Of a stretch of 64,000 nt of DNA, positions 1-13,052 are shown piece by piece (position 1 is the first letter of the stretch; each line of letters begins with the position of its first letter). Both the position numbers and the translations under genes were made by a program. Under the pieces are notes generated by a model. The model saw nothing but the letters and a program-made list of their open reading frames with translations, did not search any database and was not told the DNA's origin. Source of the stretch: Somniosus microcephalus (Eukaryota); NCBI GenBank assembly GCA_052327205.1, contig CM126203.1:332444001-332508000 (forward strand), read 5' to 3'.

Positions 1-779
1 TCTGGTGCTTAATCAGTGATGGGTCATCCTTGGACCCATGAGTATTCTGTGATGGATTAATGGCCCTAAGTCTGGGACATATCTTCGGTCTTTGTGTTGG
101 GAAAAACTGGCTCCTCTTCAGCTGGCTGAGGCCAGTGGGTTCATTGTTCTGCTTCTCTTCTGAGATGGAGGTGAGAAGTGCTTTTGCATATTAGAGTGGC
201 CTTTTAATCAAGTTCAATGGCACCCTTTTTCCAGGACTGTCGGGTGAACCCATACATTCTGGATGACTGAGTTCTTTTGTCACAGCCAACTGGCATGCGT
301 TCTCTGGAGTTTTAACAAACCAGTCCCCCACGCATCTGCACAGGGCGATCCCACCACAGCGAAAACACCCTCAGCCTATAAAGTCCACAAAAATATTCGC
401 GACTGAGTCCATTCTTCAAACAGACTTTGCGATCTCTTCAGGATCAGTTGGCTAACGACACAGTTGGATTCACATGCTGTGAAGCAGAATACTCGGGTTG
501 AATTGACATTGATTTAATGTTTAGTGCTTTATAGATGGTTCATCATCAAGAAGTGGATAAGCATCTAGATTCTAGTTAGCTTTGATATTGTAATTAAAGG
601 GAAAAATAACAAGCAAGACATTTGGGACTATCGAAAGCTCGAAGGAGGTAGTAACCAAAAAAAAACTCCTAACATTAAATGAATGCAAGATGGTGGACAT
701 AAAGCATAATTCTTGTGGTAGAAAAGTTGAAGAATAACTAGACCCAAAGTGGATGAGGTAAGCAGCTCAGGAAAGCTCT

Positions 780-1330
780 CCTGATGGCTCAACAAACTGA
801 GCCATAAAGACCAGGAAGGTCCTAATGTATAATGCATGGTCTACGCTGTGTTGGTTGATATCAGCTGGTATAGGAAATAACAACAGAAAATGCTGGAAAA
901 ACTCAGCAGGCCAGGCAACATCCGTGGAGAGAAATTAGAGTCGACGTTTCGGGGCGAAACCCTTTTTCAAAACTGGAAAGGAAATTAAATAGATCGAAGG
1001 CAAGGCTGCGATAGAACAAAAAGTAAAGGGACATTAAGAGGTATTCAAAACCAGACGAGATGGTAATAGGACAGTGGAGACAAAAGACGGCTCAGATTTG
1101 GTGTGAAGTGTACTGGCAGGATGAGAGACAGCTGCCATTTGGGAGAGAATATAGGGTTTTGTATTCCCAATCACGATCCATCACTTCCTGCTGGAAGTGC
1201 ACATGTATGGATGCTGAGTGAGGACAAGATCAGGTATGGCTATGATGCTTCCTGTGGTCAAATGGCCTAGCCAACATTCACTTTTGAGGTTTACACATGA
1301 ATAATGGCTACTTGGGTAACTGTTGCATTC
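780..1330 (+). mobile_element. Ancient tRNA-derived SINE (AmnSINE2-like), interrupted by a PLE repeat fragment
   Basis: actgagccataaagaccaggaaggtcc ... ctgctggaagtg ... gtgaggacaagatcagg ... gtggtcaaatggcctagccaac. The same motif series recurs elsewhere in the window. Family name is from my recollection of the consensus. Confidence 0.55.
876..1150 (-). mobile_element. Penelope-like pseudo-LTR fragment with hammerhead motif (about 939-975)
   Basis: Reverse complement of the 3' repeat of the PLE at 15209-16142. Minus strand reads CAGTT-TTGAAAA-A-GGG-TTTCGC-CCC-GAAA-CGTC-GACT. Confidence 0.75.
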
Positions 1331-2424
1331 CCATCAAGTGGTTTCAGACAGTGTAAAATTAGCGGAGAAAAATTCGGAAGGAGGGAATAATCTGAAAGCT
1401 AAGAGTTAAAAAAGAAAACGAGTCGAACTTGGTTTCGAAATCATGAAAAAAATAAACTAACTAAAATGATTACTGAACAGGAGAGCTCCATTAATACTCT
1501 CACGGGTAGTACTGTTTCATGCAGACATGAGTCCTAGGTTTCATTCCTGTTCTCAGCTGAGCTAATGAGCTGGGCCAGAAGTTGGGTTAGTTGTGATGAT
1601 CCCCAGACCTCTGCCTTTTGAGGGAGGAAGCTCTTCCCCCAAGTCAACTGCACTTTTAAACTCAACTGCTTAGCTTTTAGCCCTCGACACAATACCTCTA
1701 CAACCTTCAATTTGCTCACCCAAACCTTCACCTTTGATGCCCTTGTCCCTAACAAAACTTTTGCTCTCTTTTTCATTCTGGTATGGCTGCAATTTTCGCT
1801 CCAAGGGATGTGGACTGAGCATATTTGATGCACAACTGGTTTAGCTATCCATCACCAGATCTGACTGGACCACATCAAGCTCTATTGGGTCTTGCTCCCC
1901 TTGAGGATCATCCTGCTTCTTTTCTTCACTATCAACCGTCTCCTTAAGCTGCTCTCCTGCACCCTCCACCCTGAACTCCAACAACAAATATTGGGAGCTC
2001 ATGGACTACTGTCACCAAGAAGGGAGATCACCTGTTGATAGGACTTGCTGGACTTAAAAAGATCAAGATTCATCTTGTTTGCCTTTTTATTTTCCTGGTA
2101 GTCGCATAATACAACAATAATTGAGTTGATTAATAATGGCAATCACTCTCTATCAATTAGTCTACAAAAGACCCAGACATGTGGTGAGGAAAACCCATAG
2201 TGGTGGAAAGCTTTTGGAACCAAAGGAAAGAAAGAAATAGCTGGATTTATATAGTGCCTTTCATGACCTCAGGACATGAAGTACTTTTTGAAGTGTAGTC
2301 ACTGTTGTAATTTAGAAAACATTACATTGTAGGTCCAAAGTCACCAGTTCCTCCCAAGCACACTGCACTTAACCATATGTCATGTCTTGAATTACTCAAA
2401 TACTGTATCACAAAATATTTTCTG

Positions 2425-5115
2425 TACCCTCCTCCTGGCAAAATGCTTAGAACATGGCCTTGTCATAACCAACACCTTGTTCCGTCAGAGAGACGAGTAC
2501 AGGGCTTCATGGCAACACCCTCGCTCCAAGCACTGGCATCTGCTGGACTACGTCATCGTCCAAGCGAGGGACCACAAGGACATCCGCATCACCCACGCCA
2601 TGACAAGCTGACGACTGCTAGACAGACCACCGCCTAATCCACTCTGTCATCTCCATCAACGTAGCCCCAAAACAGCGGTGGTAACAGAAGCAATGCCACA
2701 GGAAAATCAACTCTGGAGCACTCAAAGACCCTGCTAAGAAAGCCCTATTCAGCCTGCGCCTCACAACCAACCTGACGACTCCCAGTGATTCAGAGACACG
2801 GTGTCCACAGCGCCTGGTCTGCACTCGAGGCCTCCACAATCAGCACCTGTGAAGAGACGCTCGGTCACTCGACCAGGAAACACCAAGACTGGTTCGATTA
2901 GAGAACGACCAGGAAATCCAGGAGGTAATAAGCTGCAAACGCAAGGCATTCCTGATCTGGAAACAGCTACAGAACTCGAGAGCAAGAAAGCAGCTCTACA
3001 GATGCCTGAAGGCCGAGGTCCAACAAAAAACTTGCGACCTAAAGAACAGATGGTGATTGGAGAAAGCGCTAGCCGACAACCACGACGTGCGTGGATTCTT
3101 TCGCGCAGTCAAGACCACCTACGGCCCAAGGTCCTACCCCACTGCAGGCCAAGAACGGAGAGGTACTTATCAAGGACAGAGAGGCAGTCAGTGCCCGCTG
3201 GAAGGAGCACTTCGAAGATCTCCTTAACCGAGACTCTGTCTTCGACGCGAGTGTCCTCAACTCCATCCCGCAGCATGCTACCCACCACCACCTCTGCACA
3301 ACCCCAGCCTGAAATGAGGTTGAAAAGGCCGTCCAACAACTGAAGAACAACAAGGCCTCAGGAGCAGATGGAATCCCCGCTGAGGCGCTAAAACATGGCG
3401 GAGAAGCACTATTGGCGTGAATACATGAACTCATTTCTCTTATTTGGAAGGAGGAGAGCATGCCAGGGGATCTCAGACACCGTAATCGTGACCATCTTCA
3501 AGAAAGGTGACCAGTCCGATTGCGGTAATTACAGAGGAGTCTCCCTACTGTCCGCCACAGGGAAAGTCATTGCAAGAATCCTCCTCAATCGCCTTCTCCC
3601 AGTGGCTGAAGAGCTCCTCCCAGAGTCACAGTGCAGATTCCCCCACTAAGGGGCACAATGGACATGATCTTCACCGCACGTCAGTTACAAAAGAAATGCA
3701 GGGAACAGCACCAACCGCTGTACATGGCCGCCTTTGATCTCTCAAAGGCCTTCGACACCGTCAACCGTGAGGGATCATGGAGTGTCCTCCTCAATTTCGG
3801 CTGCCCTCAAACATTTGTTACTATCCTCCGCCTGCTTCACGACGACATGCAAGCCATGATCCTGACCAACGGATCCACCACAGACCCAATTCAGGTATGG
3901 ACCGGGGTCAGGCAAGGCTGTGTCATCGCACCAACGCTCTTCTCAATCTTACTTGCTGCAATGCTTCATCTCGCCCTCCGTAAGCTCCCCGCTGGAGTGG
4001 AGCTAATCTACAGAACAAACAGGAAACTGTTCAACCTCCATCGCCTCCAATCCAGATCCAAGGTTGTCCCACCCTCTGTCATTGAATTACAGTATGCAGA
4101 CGACGCTTGCGTCTGCGCACACTCTGATGCCGCACTCCAAACCATCGTCAACACCTTCATCGGAGCGTACGAGAGCATGGGCTTTGCACTAAACACCTGT
4201 AAGACAAAGGTCCTCAACCAACCTCTTCCCGATTATCAAAATCCATGACAAGGCCTTGGACAATGTGGACCACTTTCCATACCTCGGGAGCCTACTGTGA
4301 ACAAGGGTAGATGTCGATGACGAAGTTCATCACCACCATCAGTGTGCCAGTGCAGCCTTCGGTCGCCTGAGGAAGAGTGTTTGAAGACCAGGACCTCAAA
4401 CTCTGCACCAAGCTCATGGTCTACAGAGCAGTAGCGATACCCGCCACCAAGCTCATGGTCTACAGAGCAGTAGTGATACCCGCCTTCCTGTATGCTTCAG
4501 AGACATGGACCATGTACAGCAGGCACCTCAAAGCACTGGAGAGGTACCACCAATGTGTCCTCCGCAAGATCCTGCAAATCCATTGGCAGGATAGGTGCAC
4601 CAACGTCAGTGTTCTCGCTCAGGCCAACATCCCCAGCACCGAAGCTTTGACCACGCTCGATCAGCTCTGATGGACGGGTCATATCGTCTGCATGCCCGAT
4701 ACGAGACTCCCAAAACAAGTGCTCTACTCGGAGCTCTGACACAGCAAGAGAGTCCCAGGTGGGCAGAGGAAACGCTTCAAGGACACCCTCTAAGCCTCCT
4801 TGAAAATGTGTAACATCCCCACCGACACCTGGGAATCCCTGGCCCAAGACCGCACAAAGTGGAGGGGAAGCATCCGGGAAGGCGGCGAACACCTTGAGTC
4901 TCTTCGCCGGGAGCAAGCGGAAGCCAAGTGCAGGCAGCGCAAGGAGCGCACGTCAACCCAAGCACCCCACCCACCCGCCCCTTCAACCACCGTCTGCCCC
5001 ACCTGTGACAGAGACTATAGGTCCCGCATTGGACTCATCAGTCACATGAGAACTCATTTTTAGTGTGGGAGCAAGTCATCCTCGGTTCCGAGGGACTGCC
5101 TAAGAGAAGAGAGAA
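2425..5115 (+). mobile_element. RTE-clade LINE, 5'-truncated and disrupted
   Basis: APE end (WQHPRSKHWHLLDYVIV), RT (DCGNYRGVSLLS, FDLSKAFDTV, GVRQGCV, LQYADD), C-terminal C2H2 finger (CPTCDRDYRSRIGLISHMRTH), (AAGAG)n-like tail. Stops and frameshifts present. Confidence 0.93.
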
Positions 5116-6999
5116 CCTAGTTCATAGATTTACTATTCACTCACTGAAATAATGTTTCCACAGATTAATTTTGAATTTACCCTCATCAAATGCAGGTGTG
5201 GCCCGTGGTTCTGTTCTTTCCAAGGTGAAATAACTTGTTGTGGTGTATGCAAGGTGGAATACCTTGTCATGGTGTACCCTCACTGAGCTCATCTTGTTCA
5301 TGAGATCTACCTCCTGCTCCGTTGACCCCATTCTCACTAAACTGCTGGCCACTCAACTTCCCATGTTAGTTGACTGTAAATGGTTTCCTCTCCTCGGGCA
5401 TATCCCTCTTCATTTCAAAACCATTGTCATCACCTCCATTCTCAAAAAACCCCCACTGCCAATCACCCTGTCCTTGGAAGCGACAGCACCATCTCCAAGT
5501 TTCCCTTTTGCAGACTCGTGTTTGTGTTGCTCATTTTGAGTTTAATTAACTAACTTGCCATTCATTCTTTGAGCTTTTATCATCTTTAAGTTTCATATTT
5601 GGAACTTGCTGAATGTATACACCTTAGTTAATGCAGTTCATTTACACACTTGCATATATGCTGCTTTGAACGGCCTCCATGCCTGTGATTGCATTCAGTA
5701 TGACATCACAATTTCATTATGAATCGTGCTTGACGAACACCTCGCAACCAAAGAAGGTCTTTGTGTACAAATGACATGTAATTTACTCATTTAAAGGGAC
5801 ACACAGTAACTTTCTCTACCCTAGCCCCAGCACTAAAAGCTTTAAAATGCCTGAGTACAGCAGCCTGTGCTGATACTACCAGAACCCATCCGCCTTGTGA
5901 TACTTAGCATTTCGAAAAGAGTGGAGATCTTTGCCTGCTGGGTGGGAGGGGGTGGGTGGTTATTTAATTCCAGGTACAGTACTAGGTGGTATGAGGATAG
6001 TATGTGACCACATTGTGCCAACATTGGGGACATGTTCAGAGTTAGATTTATGATCAAAGCGAATGAGAGTCTGTAAATCCATTTGAACATATGGAGCAGT
6101 GTTTATTTTTCAGTGAGATAATCCAGTAGATTACACTTTTAAAAGCAAAATGAGACCTGGAGGCCTGGCAAAATGGCAGTTGAAAAATTGTTTGTGCTGC
6201 TTTAGCTTAAAGGGGCTAACTCCACAGGAAGTGGTAATGATATGTTTCGGAATACTAATGTGTGCATAATTGTGAAATACCAAGTTTTTTTTCTTCCATG
6301 ACTGAGAAAGGCTGAACTTTAGTGATTTGTTTGCCTGTTCTTCCTCCCTCCTGGAATAAAATGATACTCCATAACTCTCCCAATGACTGTGGTTAATTGC
6401 ACCGTCTGGGGTATGTAGACCAGGAAGATCATTTCTGAGTTTGTGCAGAGCTATCTGATTACTGAGGAAAACAGTAGGGGTGCATGAGCTAGCAGGGGGA
6501 TTAAAAAGTTCCATTACTGTCCATTGGCCTCTGCGTGCATGTGGTATTGGGTGTGAGCAAGATTGGGCTTTGCTGTGATGCCCTGCACAGTCAAAAAGGC
6601 TGCTGACAATCAATGCCTGGGCGCTCACGTGAGGAAATTTCAAATGGGAACATGATGCATACTTGAAAAGCAAAAATGTGCAGAGCTCTGGGGAAAGAGC
6701 AGAGGAGTGGGACTAATTGAATAGCTCTGTCAAAGAGCTGACACAGGCACGATGGGCAGAATGGCCTCCTTCTGTGCTGTATGATTCCATGAAATGACCA
6801 CTTTGGGGAAATACTGGAGCTGCCAGTGTCTCTGGAACTGTACACAGACAAGTGAAGAGGGGAGAAAATCTATATGCTGTAATTAAAAGTCTTGCATCTA
6901 GCACAAACTCTGCTCCACTTGATAACATCACACATGTAAAGTGAATGTCACACTTGCACCTGACTGACTCAAATAGAGGCACAGGTACAGGAAGAGGAA

Positions 7000-7660
7000 T
7001 GCGTGACTGACAGTAGGGTAGGGCGAACCTATTGGAGGGAGAGAAGGAGGAACTGCAAAAACTGGTTCTGTCTAACGGGTATGATATACTTGTTACCTAT
7101 GGGGATAAGAAAGAAGACTGTGGGGAGAATGGTCAGAATGTTAACTAAGGTACTGTGGAGCAGGAGGCAATTCAAGGGGGGGAGCAGAATAGAATGGTTG
7201 GTAATTAGGGGGTTAGATGGTATCCTCTGCATTTGAGAGGCTAGGAGGGTGTGTTGCAAGGGTAAAGGATATTTCCAAGTGGTTGGAAAAGAATGGGATG
7301 GGAGGTGGAAAAACCAGTTGTTGTGGTCCATGTCAGAACCAACAAAATAAGAACGAACAGGGAGGAGGCCCTGCTATGGGAGCATCAAGCGCTAAATTAA
7401 AAAGGACCTCGAAGTTGGTAATCTCCAGATTACTACCTGAGCCACATGCTAATTGTCATAGGGAGAAACAGATTAGGAAAATGTATATGTAGTTGAAAGA
7501 TTTGTGTGGAAAGAAGAGGTTCTAGTTCATGGGACTCTGGCACCAGTGCTAGGATAGGAAGGAGCTGTACTGCTCAACATGCTGCACCTGAATCGGCAGG
7601 GACCATGGTCCTAGCAGAAAGGATGAATAGAACTGGAAACTAGTAAAGGGGGTTGGGTGG
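7000..7660 (+). mobile_element. Degraded CR1 ORF1 (SGNH-esterase-like) fragment
   Basis: KRTSKLVISRLLPEPHAN resembles the CR1 ORF1 at 13004-13192 (HVGTNDIG...KVISGLLPEPLAN). Confidence 0.65.
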
Positions 7661-7787
7661 ATATAACAGTAACCTAAGTAGAGAGCAAAGGTCTGAGTAC
7701 ACAGAGATAAAGATAACAAATACTCTGGGAACAGTAATATACCTGTTAAACATAAAGCAGCAGTAATGGAAAATAAGAGCACATTAA

Positions 7788-9518
7788 ATGGAGAGTGAGG
7801 AAATTGAATCAGAGACTAAGGTCCAGAACTTAAATAAAGGGAATTACGAGGGTATGAGACGGGAATTGGGTAAGATTGATTGGGTGGTGTTTCTGGGGGG
7901 ATTGACAGTGGATAGGCAATGGCAAGCATTCAAAGATAGAATGGAAGAATTCCAGAACATGTTTATACCGGTTTGGCATAAAAATAAACCTAAAAAGGTG
8001 ACTCAACCGTGGATAACGAGGGAAATTAGGGACAGCATAAAATCAAAAAAAAGGGCATATCAACTGGCAAAAAAAAGCACCAGACCGGAAGATTGGGGGC
8101 AGTACAGGATACAGCAAAAGAGGACAAAGGGATTAATCAGGAAGGGGAAAATAGAATACGAAAGTAAACTTGCAGCAAACATAAAGACAGACTGCAAAAG
8201 CTTTTATCGGTATATCAGGAGGAAAAGACTGGTAAAATCCCAAGTCGGTCCCTTGCAGTCCGATTCGGGAGAATATATAATGGAGAATAAGGAAATGGCA
8301 GACCAATTAAACTCATACTTTGGTTCTGTATTCACAAAGGAGGACACAAATAACCTCCCAGGAATATCGGCAAACATAGGGACTAATGAGAGGGAGGAGC
8401 TGACAGAAATTAGTATCTCTAGGGATATGGTGTTGGGTAAGTTGAGGGGACTGAAGGCCGACAAATCCCCGGGGCCTGATAAACTACATCCTAGGGTACT
8501 TAAGGAGGTGGCCCTGGAGATAGCAGATGCTCTAAGGATCATCTTCCGGAACTCCATTGACTCGGGAACAGTACCCGTGGATTGGAGGGTAGCTAATGTT
8601 ACCCCAATATTTAAAAAGGGGGGTAGAGAGAAAGCAGGGAATTATAGACCAGTAAGCCTTACATCGGTTGTGGGCAAAATGCTAGAGTCCATTATTAAGG
8701 ATAAAATAGCGGAGCACTTGACAAATGGGGAAAGGATCGGACAGAGTCAACATGGATTTACAAAGGGTAAATCGTGTTTGACTAATCTGCTGGAATTTTT
8801 TGAGGAAGTAACTGGTAAAATAGATGGGGGAGAGCCAGTGGATGTGGTGTACCTTGACTTCCAGAAAGCCTTCGATAAGGTTCCACACAAAAGATTATCA
8901 TGCAAAATTAAGGCTCATGGAATTGGGGGCAAAGTATTAACGTGGATAGAGAACTGGCTGGCGGATAGAAAACAGAGAGTTGGAATAAACGGCTCGTTTT
9001 CGGAGTGGCAGGCAGTGACCAGCGGGGTGCCGCAAGGATCTGTCCTGGGACCCCAGCTGTTCACAATATATATAAATGATCTGGATCAGGGAATTGGATG
9101 CAATATTTCCAAATTCGCTGACGACACTAAACTAGGAGGAGGGGTGGGCTCTGATGAGGATGTCAGGAGGCTACAGTGCGATTTGGACAGGTTGGGGGAA
9201 TGGGCGGATACGTGGCAGATGCACTATAATGTGGATAAATGCGAGGTTATCCACTTTGGGGGTAAAAACAGGAGGGTAGATTATTATCTAAATGGCAATA
9301 GATTGGGAGATGGGGAAGTGCAGAGGGACCTGGGTGTTCTTGTGCACCAGTCACTGAAGGAGAGCATGCAGGTGCAACAGGCGATTAAGAAGGCAAATGG
9401 TATGTTGGCCTTCATATCAAGGGGGTTCGAGTATAGGAATAGGGATACCTTACTACAGCTGTACAAGGTGCTGGTGAGACCGCATCTGGAGTATTGTGTA
9501 CAGTTTTGGAATAACTGA
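7788..9518 (+). mobile_element. CR1-clade LINE ORF2 segment, 576 aa open, complete RT domain, truncated at both ends
   Basis: KSPGPDKLHPRVLKE, NYRPVSLTSVVGK, YLDFQKAFDKVPH, SGVPQGSVLGP, KFADDTKL, RPHLEYCVQFW; no internal stops. Confidence 0.95.
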
Positions 9519-9559
9519 ATCATGACTGCAGACAGGACAGGTTTGGCAGTTAAATATTG

Positions 9560-10890
9560 CATGCAATTTCACCCTTCCCTTGCCTTCACATGGTCCATCT
9601 CTGACTCTTCCCTTTCCTCGACTTCTCTATCTCCATTTCTGGCGATAGGCTATTGACCAATATCCACTATAAGCCCACTGACTCCCACAGCTACCTTGAC
9701 TACACTTCCTCGCACCCCGGTTCCTGTAAGGACTATATGCCATTCTCCCAATTTCTCCATCTCCACTCCTATGTTCTGGCAATGCCACCTTCCATACCAG
9801 TGCTTCCTCAACCGAGGATTCCCCTCCACTGTGATTGACCGGGCTCTCAACCGTGTCCGTTCTATTTCCCGCACTTCTACTCTCACCCCTTCCCTTCCCC
9901 TCCCAGAGCCACGATAGGGTTCCCCTTGTCCTCCCACCTTTCACCCCACCAGCCTTCACATTCAACGGATCATTTTCCGCCACCCCCAGCATGATGCCAC
10001 TACCAAACACATCTTCCCCTCCCCTTTCAGCATTCCCTCCGTGACACCCTGGTCCACTTTTCAATCACCACCTCCTCTTCTCATGGCACCATCCTGTGCA
10101 ACCATAGGAGATGCGACACCTGCCCCTTTACTTCCTCCCTTCCCACTATTCAGGGCCCCAAACACACTTTCCAGGTGAAGCAGCGATCTTCTTGTACTTA
10201 TTTCAATTTAGTATACTGTATTCACTGCTCACGACGCGGTCTCCTCTACATTGGGGAGACCAAACACAGATTGGGTGATCGCTATGCGGAACACCTCTGT
10301 TCAGTCCACAAGCGTGACCCTGAGCTTCCGGTCGCCTGTCACTTTAATTCTCTGCCCCACTCCCACCTCTCTGTCCTCGGCCTCCTACACTGTTCCAATG
10401 AAGCTCAACAGAAGCTCGGGGAACAGCACCTCATCTTTCGATTAGGCACTTTACAGCCTTCCGGACTCAACATCGAGTTCAACAATTTCAGATAAAAATC
10501 CCTGCCACCAGTTTTTCAGACAGCAGCTGTTGGTAATGATTCTGCTGTTCCCATTTACACCTCCTGTCAACCCATCTTTTGTTTCTTTACTTGTCCCATT
10601 ATCATCCCCTCTTGCCTAGTGCCATCATCCCTTTTGTCATTTAATCGCTCTTGCCTTTCACACTATCACAGACCTTCCCTTTTTCCCTTTCCTCTCCTCC
10701 TCCCTTTTCCTGCCTCTGTACTTGCTTAAAACCTGTTACATCGCTAACTTGTTCCAGTTCTGATGAAAGGTTATCGACCTGAAATGTTAACTTTGTTTCT
10801 CTTTCCTCAGATGCTGCCTGACTTGCTGAGAATTTCCAGCATTTTCTGTTTTTATTTCAGACTTCCAGCATCCGCAGTGTTTTGCTTTTG
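9560..10890 (+). mobile_element. Penelope-like element, degraded 3' part (RT end, GIY-YIG, pseudo-LTR)
   Basis: YKPTDSHSYLDYTSSHP, then NLVYCIHCSRRGLLYIGETKHRLGDRYAEH...LGTLQPSGLNIEF; 3' repeat carries a hammerhead motif. Confidence 0.88.
10755..10792 (+). ncRNA. Minimal type I hammerhead ribozyme motif in PLE repeat
   Basis: AGTT-CTGATGA-A-AGGT-TATCG-ACCT-GAAA-TGTT-AACT; stems I and II pair, stem III palindrome is mutated. Confidence 0.6.
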
Positions 10891-11301
10891 TGAAAGTAGA
10901 AAGGGTGCTTGGATAGCTGTGTTAATTAAACAACATAATGGCAGTAGCAAGAAAGGATGTGTCTAACAAAGAGATAGAAACAAAATCCGTATGGATTGAG
11001 ATAAAGGATTGGAAGGGATCGGTCACCTATTCAGGGTATACCACAGCCCACCAAATAGTGCAAAGGAAGTGGAGGGAGAAATATGCAGGCAAATATATGA
11101 AATGAGTAAAAAAGCACAATCATAAACATGGAGGATTTCAACTAACTCCAAATAAACTGGCAGAGAGAGGGTGTGAAAGGAGAGAAGCTAATGGAGTTTT
11201 TAAAGTGTGTACAAGACTCCTTTCTGACTTAATATGTAATAAACCTAACGAGGGAAGAAACACTGCTAGACCTAGTAATGGGAAATCAACCGGAGTAGAT
11301 A

Positions 11302-11620
11302 CAGGAAACTTTCGATTTTTACCGGCACCTAAATAACCAGAAATCTCGGTTAACCTGCAAAATTCAGGAGTAGGTTCAGGTACTTGCCTTTCTCGATCTG
11401 TTGCTGTGCAATTGGGTGTGGCTGCAGCTGTTGCTAAGCTACAGAGACGCTTGGAACTTGTGGCCATTGTTCTGCACCTGTTGCTAAGCAACAGGGTTTG
11501 TTGCTTTATACGGAGCTCTCAGCTCTCCGTATCTTTTACTGTAGCTCTCGGCTATCCGGAATTTTTGATGAACCGGCACCACGTCGGTCCCGTCGGTGCT
11601 GGATTTAAAAAAGTTTCCTG
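11302..11620. mobile_element. Tc1/mariner-pogo-type MITE (CAGGAAACT family) inside a degraded CR1 fragment (~10895-11700)
   Basis: TA|CAGGAAACTTT ... AAAGTTTCCTG|TA. Confidence 0.85.
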
Positions 11621-11984
11621 TAGAAGAAGTAAGCGTGAGAGAACATCTAGGGAGTAGTGATCACAATAATAAGGTTTAAGATAATGATTGTGAGAGATAT
11701 AGATAGTACAGTCAAGCCCACTTAAACGAATAACTGCTAAAATAACAAAACACTTAAGAGAATAAAAATTCCATGGACAAATCATTTTTCTGTCTTCCAA
11801 TGATAGCTGTCTCTGTTAAATTACTAACTGTCAAATGAATAAAACGTTTAAATGAATTGCAAAAGCCTGGATTTATTCATTTGAGTTGTACTTCCTTGCT
11901 AAAGCTGATGTGTTAAGCCCTTTTTGCCAATCAAGTGTTTTGTCTAGGTGTACAAATCAATGATAACCAATTCAATGATATTTG

Positions 11985-12140
11985 AAATAAAAACAAAAAA
12001 TGCTGGAAACACTCATCAGGTCAGGCAGCATCTGTGGAGAGAGAAACAGTATTAATGTTTCGGGTTGTTGACCTTGCATCAGAACTGGAAGAAGCTAGAG
12101 ATTTAACTGCGGAGTGTTTCCAGTATTTTCTGTTGTTGTT
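11985..12140. mobile_element. Degenerate PLE pseudo-LTR fragment with partial inversion
   Basis: aaaatgctggaaacactc...cagcatctgtggagagagaaacag...gaccttgcatcagaactgg, then gagtgtttccagtattttctg. Confidence 0.6.
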
Positions 12141-12877
12141 AGAGATTGAACAGTTTTTTTACCTTGTTCCAGTGACGTTTGAGTCTTTTTAAGATCATCA
12201 GGTGCTCGAGCACTTGTTTCAGTGTGAAAACCATCCCATCAGGTGCTAATGCTCAAGCTTTGTGATGCTTATAATTTACCCATGCTAGAGGTGATTAATC
12301 TGTTTTTAAAGGTCCTTTTTAAAAAAAAAAAAAAAAAGATTTTTAAGTCCCTTTCTAAAGATTTGCGGTCTGCACAGAGCGGGATTAAACAGTGTGAACT
12401 TGAACAGAGTGTTTTAGTTGGGAATTTGGAAAGAGTGGGAATTTGGAGAAGAGGGGGAAGGAGTTGTCGCTTTTTGCCTAGACAATTGTAGTGCTTTATG
12501 TTGCAAGTAGATATTTAATTTCAGTACCCATAACTTAATCTAGATCAAGTAATTAGTCAAGAAACTACACTGTAAACTAAGTCACCTAATTGCCCTTGTC
12601 CAACAGGCATGAGGTTCTTGCTGCCTGTGTGGATGAGGGAAAAGCCTGTAGGACGGATGAGTAAGCTGACCATGGCACCCTGGTGCAGGAGGCCATTCAA
12701 GTCGGGGGGGAGTGAAAGGGAATGTAGTTGTGGTAGGGGACAGTATATTCGGGATAGATGCTGTTATCTGCAGCCGCGACCGAGAGTTCCTAAGGTTGTG
12801 TTGCCTAGGTTAAAGACATCTCTTCGCCGCTGGAGAAGAACTTGGAGTGGGAGGGGGAGGATCCAGTTGTTGTGGTC

Positions 12878-13052
12878 TGTAGTGTATGTGCCTTTAAGAG
12901 CCCCAGGTGTGCTGTAATGCCGGTAATGGCCACTCGGGCTATATAAGCCTGTATATTGTGTATATCCGTTAGAACCCCCCCAGACTTTGCTTAGTAAACA
13001 CCTATGAACCAACTCCTGTCTTCAGTGTCTTTATCAACACACGGACACTACA
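12878..13052 (+). mobile_element. Solo LTR (175 bp)
   Basis: Termini TGTAGTGT...ACACTACA (8-bp inverted repeat), internal TATATAA and AGTAAA, 5-bp TSD tggtc/tagtc; interrupts CR1 ORF1. Confidence 0.75.

Noticed and set aside
1-600. Possible exon or snoRNA of an upstream neighbour gene
   Set aside because: No recognisable protein or convincing box C/D structure; left unassigned.
6131-6673. 180-aa minus-strand ORF in unique DNA
   Set aside because: No recognisable homology or splice structure; likely a chance ORF.
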